Shown here in pieces: positions 1 through 10,782 of a stretch of 33,676 nt of DNA. The notes below the pieces were generated by a model that saw only the letters and a program-made list of their open reading frames with translations, was not told where the DNA came from and searched no databases. The position numbers and the translations under genes are program-made. Positions within the stretch are counted from its first letter, which is position 1; the number at the start of each line of letters is the position of its first letter. This stretch comes from Folioceros fuciformis (Eukaryota). The DNA lies in contig JBNGIO010006101.1 in NCBI GenBank assembly GCA_049999805.1, positions 102,684 to 136,359 on the forward strand, given 5' to 3'.

Positions 1-19
1 CTGTTTATAAACTGCGCAG

Positions 20-514
20 GACGCGGATATTTTGTGGTTGCGCGACCCTTTCCCGAGATTTTCCATGGAAGCCGATTTCCAGATTGCCTGTGATAAGTAT
101 AGCGGCACACCCACTGACGTGGCCAATTTGCCGAATGGAGGGTTTGTGTATGTCCGCTCCAACGAAAGAACACGGGACTTTTACAAATATTGGTACACTT
201 CCCGGCTCAAACATCCACATAAGCATGATCAAGACGTCTTCAATTACATTAAGGGGGATCAGACCTATCAGAAGATTGGTATCAAGGTGGAGTTCCTAGA
301 TACGCTTTACTTTGGAGGGTTTTGCGAGGTGAGCCAGGATTTGGAGAAAGTTTGCACTATGCATGCCAATTGCTGCACGGGCCTCCAGAGGAAACTGATG
401 GACCTAAGGTTAGTTCTCAAGGATTGGAGGCGTTTTACCCTCCTCACTCCTCTCCAAAGGACAATGCAGAGTGTACATTGGCAAGCTCCTCGAGAATGCA
501 AACTCTCGTTTTGA
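20..514 (+). CDS. Terminal exon of a nucleotide-diphospho-sugar transferase family protein (At4g15970-like); 5' part lies outside the window
   Basis: Acceptor tgcgcag ends at 19, then DADILWLRDPFPRF...DFQIACD...NGGFVYVRSNERT...HDQDVFN...FGGFCEVSQDLEKVCTMHANCC, motifs typical of this plant family including the DxD. TGA at 512-514. Confidence 0.9.
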   Translation, partial: DADILWLRDPFPRFSMEADFQIACDKYSGTPTDVANLPNGGFVYVRSNERTRDFYKYWYTSRLKHPHKHDQDVFNYIKGDQTYQKIGIKVEFLDTLYFGGFCEVSQDLEKVCTMHANCCTGLQRKLMDLRLVLKDWRRFTLLTPLQRTMQSVHWQAPRECKLSF

Positions 515-1397
515 GGACTCTGAGGATAGTCTGCCCTCAATAGACCCTTCGTAAACCTCTTGCATGGCCGGCGCAGCTCTGTATGGCGTGGAGACACGGG
601 GTCGGAATGCACCCCGCTGCAGTGCCAGAGATACGGACGGGCGACCTTGGGTTAACAATCCTTAAGGTAAGGAACATTCAAAGGTGAGGGCATTCCAAGG
701 TGAGGTGAGCGTAAGTTCCCAGCCTGTTACTCCTTGTGCGGCCAATTGACCTACCCTGTTCCTCTCCTTCCCTTTTTCCACAAAGTGTATACTGTTGTAC
801 ATCAATTGAGAATGTACACGCTCCATTTATATGTATGTACTTTATTTATCCGATGAGAAGTGTGTGACTCCATCCAAGTTGTGTTCAGCCGTTTGGGTGC
901 TTGATTTTTTTTACATTCTATCTTGTTGTGTAGTTGAATTGGTATGTGGAGATGGCTTTGTGGCCGTTGAAAAATGCCCTTATGATGTTGTTGGACTCTA
1001 CAATATTATATTATTTTTTTATATGTTTGTATAAAAATACTTCTAAATTTATGACATATAGACGAAGCTCTTAGGTAAGTCACACTATTTGTTGAAAGAA
1101 AGACCTTCTTGAAAGGCAAACCTCAAAGAACTGCCAATTAGAGCTTCAATTCTCTTTCAACCTCCTTCTCGTAGTAGGCTACTATGTTTAGAAGTTGACT
1201 TAGGGTCCGTAGGAACAAATTCTACTAATTTAAGTACCTTGTCGTCTCTCTAGTTTAAGTACCCTTAACTGGTGGATTTTTCCCCTTGTCCTCATAGTTG
1301 TTGACATAATCTGGGTTGTCCCCCTAGTTCACTTTCCTTAATTGGCTTGTCCCCTAATTTCCTTCCGTCATGGATTTTTCTGTCTACTTTTATAATA

Positions 1398-1487
1398 AAC
1401 TCTTCATAAAGCTTTGCCATAGTTCTCACGAAACTTTGCCACATACTCTATGAAGCTTTGCCATAGACTCCATGCAGCTTTGCCATT
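1398..1487. repeat. Degenerate tandem repeat, ~22-bp unit (actcyatgaagctttgccatag), about 4 copies
   Basis: The core ctttgcca recurs four times at ~22-nt spacing in an AT-rich intergenic region. Confidence 0.75.
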
Positions 1488-1592
1488 GATTAGGTCACGA
1501 TTTTGAGTCTTCCCTCCATAAGATTATCTAGTAACTCCAGCAAGATAAGACTCGCACTCGGGAAATGCGTTTGGGTTATTAGTCGACTCAAT

Positions 1593-2543
1593 TCAGCTGG
1601 GTTGGCTGAGGACCAACCTGGCGTTGGCGCCATCGTATAACAACCTTCCTTCACTCAGCAAGTCCCTACCAATGACAGCAACCTGAGGAAGGTCCGCGTA
1701 CCGGATGAGTAAGGATGGGAAGTGGCGTCCGCAGAAGGTGATCTCCATCCTGCTGACCAAGACCACCACGATGCCTCCCACAACTCGGATACCTCTGACG
1801 ACAGCGGCGTACTCGTCCCGGTATTCGCTATTGAGGAAGTGGAGCAGCAGAGACAGATCGAATGTGGTTTGGTTGCAGCCCGTGTCTGCCAGCACCGCAC
1901 TTTGATTGAACCACATTCTCGGGTCGCTCTTCCGGCCGAAGGACAGAGGCAGAACAGGCGCGAAGAACTTCCCGTTGGTTGCCATGAGCGCTTCCCCTGA
2001 CGACTCCAGCTCACTTCCGACTTTGAAGAAAATGCCGAAACCAGAGCCCGCCGGCTTGTCCTCAGCCACGTCCACATGGTGCTTTCCCGTGGGAACAACG
2101 ATTTGTCTGGAGACAAACACGAAATGCCCCTCGTGATTCATCCTCAACTCATCCTTGCTGCTTAAGTAGCGGCCGATGATGCTCGGAATTTCGTCATTCC
2201 CCATGCAAGCCACCACCCGGGCCAACTTCTGTAGCTTGGCCGCCACTTTGCTTTCAGGAACGTTGAAGGAGCGTTTCTGGAAAGGGAAAGGATGCTGCCG
2301 TAGAAGCTCCTGCTCTGCACCGCTTGACCTTCCCTCACTGTCTGCCCGTCCATCGACTCGGGTCCAATGAAGACAGGCCGAGGAATCATCAACAAGAGCC
2401 TTGCCCTTACCTTTGCCCTGACCCTTGCCCTTGCCTTGGCTCTTCCCCTTGCTAGTCCGCTGCGAAGCACTCGTGGCGCTCCCTCCAGCGCTTCCTGCGG
2501 CCGCTCCTGCAGCGCCATGACCGGCGCATTGTGAGTCTTTCAC
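1593..2543 (-). CDS. Intronless ORF: Gly/Ala/Lys low-complexity N-terminus plus C-terminal retropepsin-like (clan AA) aspartic protease domain; true start uncertain (GTG 2543, first in-frame ATG 2204)
   Basis: 316-codon open frame with APVLPLSF...VLADTGCNQTTF (DTG at 1878-1886), a flap-like IRVVGG, and AVIGRDLL...RLLYDG (GRD at 1662-1670). GKGK is encoded by ttgccc-type repeats at ~2398-2452. Confidence 0.7.
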   Translation of the reverse strand: MKDSQCAGHGAAGAAAGSAGGSATSASQRTSKGKSQGKGKGQGKGKGKALVDDSSACLHWTRVDGRADSEGRSSGAEQELLRQHPFPFQKRSFNVPESKVAAKLQKLARVVACMGNDEIPSIIGRYLSSKDELRMNHEGHFVFVSRQIVVPTGKHHVDVAEDKPAGSGFGIFFKVGSELESSGEALMATNGKFFAPVLPLSFGRKSDPRMWFNQSAVLADTGCNQTTFDLSLLLHFLNSEYRDEYAAVVRGIRVVGGIVVVLVSRMEITFCGRHFPSLLIRYADLPQVAVIGRDLLSEGRLLYDGANARLVLSQPS

Positions 2544-3111
2544 GTGCCTCGTCCTTTCCCTAGAGGGATTTCCAGGACAACAAAATATCCCCCCTCGTTC
2601 AGACCTTGTCTCCGAGATGTAGCCGCCTGTTCCTCCTGGTTTTCGTCATTGATCTGCATCCCATGCCATGGGAACCGTAAATCACAACCAGGATGTCATC
2701 TCGAATCGGGCAAAGCCAGCGTTCTATGCAGACCAATCTCAGCAGTGCAACGGCACGAGAGACAACCTTGATTGGCGTAGTAGGGCACAGTCTTTCCTCC
2801 ACCTGCAACTGCGGCTTTGACATAGCTTCCATCGCCTGTAACAGTGGCAGCAACAGGAAATCCATGGAGACGCTAGTTATTTTCGGCGGGATGGCTCTCA
2901 AGATACCTATGTTGCCACGGTCCCAGTCATGGCACCAGAAAAACTAGGTGAACCAAACGACTTGTCGAGCAGCATCGACATGAGCTTGAAGCTTCCAATT
3001 TTTTTGGAAGCCAAAAGAAGTTCTGCGGACGTTCCTTCAAGACATAGCGAAATTCTGATCGTGCTAAGTCGTCTCAAAAGGCAACAATACAAGAGTACAC
3101 AATATACATGC

Positions 3112-6100
3112 TCAGACGTGAAGAGCTTTATCAGTCTTGCTCGACTCCAATTTACTCAACATCTCAAGTGAGAAACAATCTTGGATCCTGTTACGCCTCA
3201 TTCGTTTGGCCTTCACCCATGCCGGCTCCTGCGCAAGCAAAGATTGTTGTTCGCCTTGTAAAGAGCACAAACATTTCGTCTCCTCTCCGGACTAAAAACA
3301 ATGTCGCAATCTGTGGACTTTACCTCTGGAACAAACCAAGAGAAACCAAACTTCGCGAGCAACAACAAATGCTCCATCACGAGAATCACTGCCAATCCTG
3401 GTTCGATCTTCCATCGTCCGACTTCATCGTACAGACATACTAGAAGTGCACAATTGGTGACGATTGCGACAACGCCAAGATGCTGCGCAATAAACAATGG
3501 TGAAGGCAGGCTCAGCGTTACGAGGTTATTGAAGGTGTTAGGCGGTTCGGAAACTCAAAACCACCGACCTGAAAAATATTTAGCCATGCACCGATGGAAG
3601 CTGCCGCATGGGGCACAGGCCGTCGCATAATAGCAAGCAACTTGAACGAATCGGATCTGATCTCCATGAGGTTGTTCTGGAAATACAGGAACAGAGAGCT
3701 CACACACCACGTGGCTGTTGAAGCCGCTAGACCAGAAAAGGACAATCCTACTATTGCGATGAAAGCTAGTAATAGAGCGTACAAGGAGTGCAAGAGCAGA
3801 AACAAGTGGGAACGCGCACGCAAACATAGTAACCATGCCGAACTGCAAAGCAAGCTCAAGGAAGTCTGCCAGCAGAAAAACGACCGGTTAGACACATGCA
3901 ACTAATGTCAGTGCATTGCAGAAGAACATCAATGACTCTCACCATCGAAAAGGCCATCCTCCCAGTCATCACAAATGCTTGCTGCATAGGGTGGCTTCAG
4001 GTATTCTTTGTGGAGTCGAGATGAGTAAAGTTTCTCACTTTTCTCTCCGGTTTCGTTCTTCTCGTCCTGCTCCGCCCTGGTTCACATGACATCATCACCT
4101 CAGTTTTCTCAGAACGCTAGTTGGAGTATTAGGTCGATGGGTAAGAGACTTAAAACCCGGATGCTGCCAGCCACATACTTGTAGGCCTTATACTGATTAT
4201 ACCGATACGAAAGGTATGGGATGAGGTTCTCCGAAACATTGTTGATCAGCTGCAAGGTGCAGGATGGCACAAATAATCATGTCACAAGCACAATGGAGAG
4301 ACAGATGGCAATCTCAGCAACCAATGCACATCGACATAACCACAGAGCTATAAACGAAATTGACCGCCGCCGGAAGCAATTTCAGTGAGAGATGTAGTGC
4401 CAAACACCTCGGAAACTATCAATCTTTCTGTCAGGATTCGACGCAGAACCTTGAAGTCTCTATGGAACAGAGCATGATAGAACAATCCGATATATGATTG
4501 CATGAAGTAGATTCCAAAAACCTGTCAATGTACAGAGGGACAACCACATGCGTGATCAGTTCAGCGAAACGCCGTCCACCAACATGGGCTAGCGAATGAA
4601 CAACCAGTGTGAACAAACCTTATATACAAGGCTGTCAGATTTTGCAGACTCTGTGGGATAACGTTGAGTTTTGGAGAGCTTCATCGCAACTTTGCCTCCG
4701 ATTCTTGTAAACAGTTGAATCGATAGAACATAAACAGCAGTAAGCGCATACCTACCATGACAGAAAAAAATTCAGAGACATGTAAGGGCTCATGAACAGA
4801 GGAAGGAAACGCCCACAAAGGTCTGCATTAAACCATGCATACACAGTCATGCCAGGTTAGTCCAGACCATATTGCATAAACCTTTTACCTCAATGCCTCA
4901 TAAGACGTGATCTTGCTGATGTGCGCATAAGTAAGTTCAAAAGGCAGCTGCAGACACAAGATCCCAGTTATCACAATGGCGTTGTTGCGAACACTCCTCA
5001 GCTGTTCCAGCCATTCATCCCTCTGGAGGAGTCTATTCTCAAGCTCGATAATACTTGACTCCACACGCTGATGCTCATTGAGCACTCCTTTCAGCAGTTT
5101 TTCTTTCTCCTGCTGGTTATAGTGTCTGCTCACAATGTGCTCACCGTAATCGGAGCTCATTCCCCACCTGCAAAGAAGAAATCAGTCATCAATGTTGCAG
5201 GCCAAATAGGTCATTATAGACATGCTTCTGAGTTACCTCGTCAAAAGCTCTGCATTTTTACGTTTCCAGAACTGCAGAAAGACCACTGCCCATATGACAA
5301 CAAATATTGAGAATAAAGATGGAACATATGGCTCCCAGAATCTGCAGCAATTTTGAACAACCGCACGTGGCTTGTTAGTCCACAGAGTCTGTACTCATCG
5401 TGCAAGCTGCACAATCATGTCAAAATTGGGTATCCCATAAACAGATTACATGCTACGGATGGAGCAAGATCTTACCCAAGATTTTTGAAGTAAAAGAACA
5501 GACCCAACATGGCAGGTAGGGCAAGCCATTGAGTGTACATCCCTAAGAAAGCAAAGTATATACCAATCTGCAAATGTCAGCCCAGGATAAGTGCCAGTCG
5601 CTCTGACCACTGTCTAGCACACTGAAATTAACTCCTCAACTCAGCTTCAGTTATTCACACATTACCTTCGCTCCGAGGTAGGTGTAAATTGCATCTATGG
5701 GCTGTGACGTGAGGCCCAACCAGTTGTATGACCAATTCTCAAGCAGCTCCTTCCGTTTGCTTTCATCTAGCGAAAGTGGTATATCACGTCAGATGACGGT
5801 AGTCTGAAATAGAATTTCAGCTCATATGACAATATAGACCTATGAAACCCATACCATGCAGAGGAAAAATCTCCTTGACAATATTGGCAGACTCTAGACG
5901 AGGTACCAAGGGCTCCCCTGGCTTGATGTCCAATACCACATCCCCGATTGATATCCGGGAACCAGATTCAAGCGCCTGTAAAGGCACATCAGATGCACTA
6001 ATACGTAAAGGAAGCACACTCATGGATCTTAAAGTTTTTGCCTCACTAGAAGAACTGCGCTGATGGCAATAGTGAGGTGTACACAATATCCTGCAATGAG

Positions 6101-6773
6101 AATTTCAGCATATCTTACAGCAGTGTGCAGTAGTGTGTCGTAACATTCATAACGCTCACTCCAGCTGAACAAGGAATTGTCATATGGCTGACGGACAAAG
6201 GCATCTTGATGCTCCCAGTCAAACACAGCATCCAGCCCTAGGCCAATCGCAATGAAGCCAGTGAGCGACCGCCTTCCACATGACAAAACAGATTAAGAAT
6301 CTCAAAGTAGAAGCCACTGTAGAGTCAGTAGAATACCGATGAAAGTGGGTTTTCTGATCTGTAGCCTTCCAGCCGTCTTTCCAATCACAGCAGGCGGGGC
6401 TGCAACCTATGCTTACATGAAGTCACCAGTTAACAACTTTCGCAATACAGACTTTGCTCACACCCAGGGTAGTCCTTCCAATTCAGGAAGCTGGATGCAT
6501 TCTAATTTAAAGTGAAGCATCACTAGACTCTTCTGCTAAATGCTCGTCTCTCTCGACCCGTACCTTGAGGAAGCAATCACTGTTCACTCCTTCAACCTTC
6601 TCCACAATCAACCCGTTGTACCGCAACAGTGACATGAGTAACTCGACGGGATCGGTTCCTTTCACTGACTTCGATTCCGGTGCCTGCGGCAGGTTGCACA
6701 CTATGGCAACCTCAAAGGACGGGCTCTCCGATTGCTGCCCACCATCTTCACTAGGATTGCTCCCCAAGGCCAT
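3112..6773 (-). CDS. Anoctamin/TMEM16-like protein (At1g73020-like), multi-exon
   Basis: ATG at 6773 (MALGSNPSE...FEVAIV). Exons give [63 protein letters not shown]...[27 protein letters not shown] and [20 protein letters not shown]. Last exon 3228-3112 EPAWVKAKR...ALHV*. GT-AG borders at the junctions checked. Confidence 0.92.
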
Positions 6774-7054
6774 AGAATGGTGAACTAAGCACCTGATAGG
6801 CAGTAGTGGGCGCGCCACTCAGAAACTGCTTCCAAGGCCTCTCCATGTTTCAACCAGGCACTTGGGCAAACGCGTCCACGATTTCCACCCTCAATGCACA
6901 CATAAAGAATGCTATACGGCCATGAGCCTCACCTAGTAGAAAGATTCCAAGGGATTCCTGCCCTGGTGCAACACAGATCTTCAATCCCGCAGCGTGCTCG
7001 TCAGGTCGGCTGACTTCGACAGCAAATCACCCAACAAACGCATCCCCTGCGTAC

Positions 7055-8005
7055 ATGGAACAGAAGCGGGTGAAACATTTGCAGACAAGAAAACTGATCA
7101 ACCCCAAGAATCGGACTCACCTGTGTCGCAGCCAGCGCTCCTGCACAGAAACGCTCGGGATCAAGCACAACATTACCCAACGCAGTGCGCGACGCCACGG
7201 ATGGTACACCATAGCTCAAGATGAAGCTGCCACCTACTACCTGTGCGCAGCGGCCAAGTGGTGGCCACGCCAGGTGTAATTCGGGACCCGATATAAATAT
7301 GTAATCTGGTCGTACAAATCCTGATAGAATAATCCCCTGATGAATCACCCCCGAACTTCCTTCAATTCGATAGGTGTACGTTCACCTCCACCCATTTCTG
7401 GGGCGTGGGCTGGTGGTCCTTACCATTGCGGGATCAAAGGCTTGTGGCCAAAATGCATGTTTGTCACAGGTTTATGCCTGCTTCCATGGATTAAGCTGTG
7501 TACCGGTCAGATTATTCTTATCGATATATACGGGAGTCCTCATTGATAAGCTTTCACTAGCGTGATGGCTCTGTCTAGCAGTCCCACCAGTACCTACCCC
7601 ATTACAGTAGTTCATCACCGTGCGAACTGCTGCTTCGGCTTCGATCTGCAGCTTAATGAGGTGATTGAAGATGTGGCATGGCTGACCCATGGAGGAGGCT
7701 ATTGTGAAAAAAAAGTTTTCGAGGAGCCTATCAAACCAGGAGCCGAGCTGATGATCTACAGGTGAACGTTGGTGCGTGCTTTGATTGAGCATGAGATGTT
7801 CGTACGATGAAAGCTGTGACCCATCCTTTGTCCTCCATGCTCTTGATTGCCGTAATTCTGCGGCAGAGCTGAGAACCCACAAATTGTCACCAGTCCTGAA
7901 GAGAAAATCATCAAGGATTCCCATGAAATGCGGCGCGCAGAACACATGAAAAGGAGGCAAGCAATACAGTCACTCCTTGTGATTACAGCACCAGCCAAAT
8001 CTTAA
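7055..8005 (+). CDS. Putative spliced gene of unknown function, divergent from the anoctamin gene; 5' structure unresolved
   Basis: Two phase-compatible exons: ~7651-7760 (ctgcag|LNEVIEDVAWLTHGGGYCEKKVFEEPIKPGAELMIYR|gtgaac) and ~7867-8005 (ggcag|AENPQIVTSPEEKIIKDSHEMRRAEHMKRRQAIQSLLVITAPAKS*). The upstream ORF MEQKRVKHLQ... ends at a cag|gtgtaa donor, but I could not join it cleanly to these exons. Confidence 0.35.
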
Positions 8006-8291
8006 ACTTTTGCAAGGTTGTGCTGTGTGCAAGGTTGTGTTGTATTGAGTCCGAACCCAGACTTTTCATGAGCGCCATCGTAATTGTGCGGGAACGGTTG
8101 GACCACAGCGTGGATCCTCGAGCTCTCTTTAGAAGCGCAATTCAGTACTGCTTTCCGGTTCCCAGTTAGATGCTGACTTGAATTTGTAAGGAGTCTTTTG
8201 TCCCTACGTGCTCGGTGGGAGGAAAGGCACTGCGCAGTCCTTGGGCCTCCGAATGGCAGAAGGGGAGCGAATTCGTCCTGTTGTCAACAAT

Positions 8292-8301
8292 NNNNNNNNN
8301 N
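8292..8301. other. Assembly gap (10 N)
   Basis: Run of ten n characters. Confidence 0.99.
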
Positions 8302-8436
8302 TTTGTTACCTCTTGTTTATCTCCCGGCCCTTGATGTGGAGAGATTAAGGGAAGACCGAACGAAGCTCTGAGTCATGGTCGAATTCAAACAGCAAAATCG
8401 ACGACATCCTCCCTAAAGTTCGATGTCGATGGCCGA

Positions 8437-8510
8437 TGGCCCATACAGGTCTCGAACCTGTGACCTTCGCGTTATTAGCACGACGCTCTAACCAACTGAG
8501 CTAATGGGCC
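8437..8510 (-). tRNA. trnI-AAU: tRNA-Ile (anticodon AAT), intronless, eukaryotic nuclear type
   Basis: Reverse complement GGCCCATTAGCTCAGTTGGTTAGAGCGTCGTGCTAATAACGCGAAGGTCACAGGTTCGAGACCTGTATGGGCCA shows acceptor stem GGCCCAT/ATGGGCC, D arm, anticodon loop CT-AAT-AA and T loop GTTCGAG. Confidence 0.97.
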
Positions 8511-8629
8511 AACTGACATAACAAGGAAAATTATGTATATTTTAATTCTCTTGACTGCAAAATCTACACACTCAAGAACAAATGAAAAAAAATCGTTGAA
8601 CTTCACAGTACAACCCTTGACGTAACATC

Positions 8630-9245
8630 CCGTGAGCCAGATGCCTCCACGTAGTTACCCAGTTTTTTTCCAAGCACCTATCACCTTGAGCCAAACTGCA
8701 GCCCCGGCAATTCAGGCAGTGCCAAAACTAGTGCCTTACGAACCAGGCAGGTAGGCAGATCACAGAAAATCTGTGACGCATGTGCAGTGCTCCACCGTGG
8801 AGTGACGCTGCGCCGTCATGCTCGTAGCTGCCAAGTACTCCCTCCCCTTCTTCACCGGAGCTGGATTTGATTTATGGCAAGCCATCAGAAAACTCTGAAC
8901 ATGGTGGCAAATTGCTGGATGGTGTCCTCTCTCATTCTCTGAACCAGGTCTGAGGCTGCTGCACTGTCCCTTTCTGAGGAGTATCCTGCGATAAACGAAA
9001 TCCAGGCCACTAGGTCTCTTTCAGGCAACAAACCAAAAACCTGGTGTGCATGAAGCACGCACCCAGACTTTTCATACACGTTCATCTAACTGCCAGCGTC
9101 AAGTACATGAGCTGCGAGCCCTTCCTCTTCAACCTGTGCATGCAGCTGTCTTCCGACATGCAAAGCTGCCTAATTTGCACATGTCTGCAGGAGGAACACA
9201 AATGTAACGGAACTGCATAAATCCGGGCTTCTTCTTGCATGACAC
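8630..9245 (-). pseudogene. PLS-class pentatricopeptide repeat (PPR) pseudogene fragment running into S2/E1-like motifs
   Basis: Minus strand reads MQEE...(frameshift)VTFVFLLQTCAN*AALHVGRQLHAQVEEEGLAAHVLDAGS*MNVYEKSGCVLHAHQVFGLLPERDLVAWISFIAGYS, then FLMACH...KKGREYL...TVEHCTCVTDFL*...AAVWLKVIGAWKK. These match L, S, P2, L2, S2 and E1 consensus patterns, with several stops and frameshifts. Confidence 0.85.
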
Positions 9246-9398
9246 AGCGAAGGGAAAGGGTTCCTTTCTGAAATGAAAGTATCTAAGGATACTTTGTTAT
9301 GAGGATCGGTGACTCATTTCTTCAAGGCTTAAATGATTGGCAGGTCCATTACCAGCAGCATCACTATCAAATGCATACTGCAAAATTGATCTACTACA

Positions 9399-10355
9399 TG
9401 AACTCTATCGTTCACTCTTCAATGACCCTTGAACTCTAACATTCACTCTTCAATGACCCCTCTCTACTCAAGTGGGAGCTGGGAGCTACATTGAACATTG
9501 GTCGACCCTTTTGATGAGATTGTGCTCAATGTGGAGAATCTATTATAAATAAAAATATGAAGAAAGAATGTGGAGAATCTATTGTAAATAAAAATATGAA
9601 GAAAGAATGATGGTATTAAGTGGTAGAATATTTTTCTTATTTTATGATGGTCTTAAGTGACGGAAATCCTATAATTATCTATCTAAGGAGCATGTTACCA
9701 CTCTCAAATTGTAATAAGTTTTGGTTTGCGAACGAACATGTTACCACACTCAAATTGTAATAAGTTTTGGTTTTATCTTGGTCATTGCATTATTGACTGC
9801 ACAATCTAGTCATTAGATTAAGCTTGTAGACCAGACTAGTGACTGTTGTTCTAGTTGTTTTCAACAAGAGATGCACCTCACTTTCCATACACCACCATGA
9901 GACCACAATTCTAATCACAAGGCTCAAGGACTGTAGACCAGACTAGTTAGTATTGTTCTTCTTATTTTCAACGAAAGATGCATATCACTTTCGAACATAG
10001 TGCCGATGATGAATAATACTTCACTACAAAGACCCCACCAGGAGCCCTGGGCTATGACATCACAAAGGCAAGGATTGAGGAGTAACATCAATTTGAGTTT
10101 AGGAGCTCAAGAATATGGAAACACTTGATTGTTTAGGAGCTCAAGAATATGGAGACACTTGATTGTTAGTTTCTGTAGGAGTTATGTGCTAGGAAGGTAC
10201 ACATTGATTCTGACCAGTGTATAGCGTTGTGCTCATCACCTAGCCATCTTCTTGAAGACGTCACAAGACCATGACCACTTGTTGGCGCCCTAACTACAAT
10301 CCACATATAGAAATTATTTGTTCCATAGGAGTTATAAGCTAGGAATGTACATACT
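9399..10355. repeat. Six separate two-copy direct repeats with periods 31, 39, 46, 107, 34 and 150 bp
   Basis: Copies start at 9399/9430, 9528/9567, 9691/9737, 9825/9932, 10097/10131 and 10176/10326. Confidence 0.85.
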
Positions 10356-10507
10356 CATTCGGACGGACCTTGTATGGTGTGTGCTTATTACGTAGCCCTC
10401 GTCCTGGATGACGTCATAAGAGCATGACCCCTTGCTGACGGCGTAACCACAATCCCACATATCGAAGGCACTAGATAAGTACCTAACGATAAATTATACA
10501 TATTTAT

Positions 10508-10532
10508 ATAATAATAATAATAATAATAATAA
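10508..10532. repeat. (TAA)n microsatellite
   Basis: About 8 units of taa. Confidence 0.9.
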
Positions 10533-10782
10533 ATTAAATATCTTTTTAATTTAAAAGAGATTTTGTTTTCTTCTATTCTAGAGGGAGAAGAGACATGGAC
10601 AGAAAAGAAAAACTGAGGACTAGCTCGCAAGTAGTACCCTCGGATTCGTAACATAACATTTTATGAATTGTTTACCTCTATTTTCTATGAATTAGATATG
10701 GTATCGAAGTAAATAAAATGTCAAGGATGGAAGCAGGTTGAACGTGCCGTCATTCCGCCGGATTGGAGACAGACTGTTTCCG

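Larger units (their letters stand above)
9295..10658. mobile_element. AT-rich repeat-laden block, possible solo LTR or other TE relic
   Basis: Starts TGTTATGA (9295) and ends ...TCGTAACA/ACATAACA (10653/10658), i.e. TG...CA with a 7-8 bp inverted match. Contains six internal duplications and no credible ORF. No target-site duplication found. Confidence 0.4.

Noticed and set aside
1593-2543. Intact LTR retrotransposon around the protease ORF
   Set aside because: The ORF stops right after the protease domain, and no RT, RNase H, integrase, paired LTRs or primer-binding site is visible.
9086-9175. TAG stops in the PPR relic rescued by U-to-C editing
   Set aside because: That editing is organellar, the consensus residue at both positions is Leu (TTG) rather than Gln, and frameshifts are also present.
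9399-10355. CRISPR array or Helitron
   Set aside because: Each repeat pair has a different sequence, so there is no repeat-spacer pattern. I found no convincing hairpin-plus-CTRR Helitron end.
10388-10654. ORF with a poly-Tyr run
   Set aside because: It is an artefact of the TAA microsatellite.
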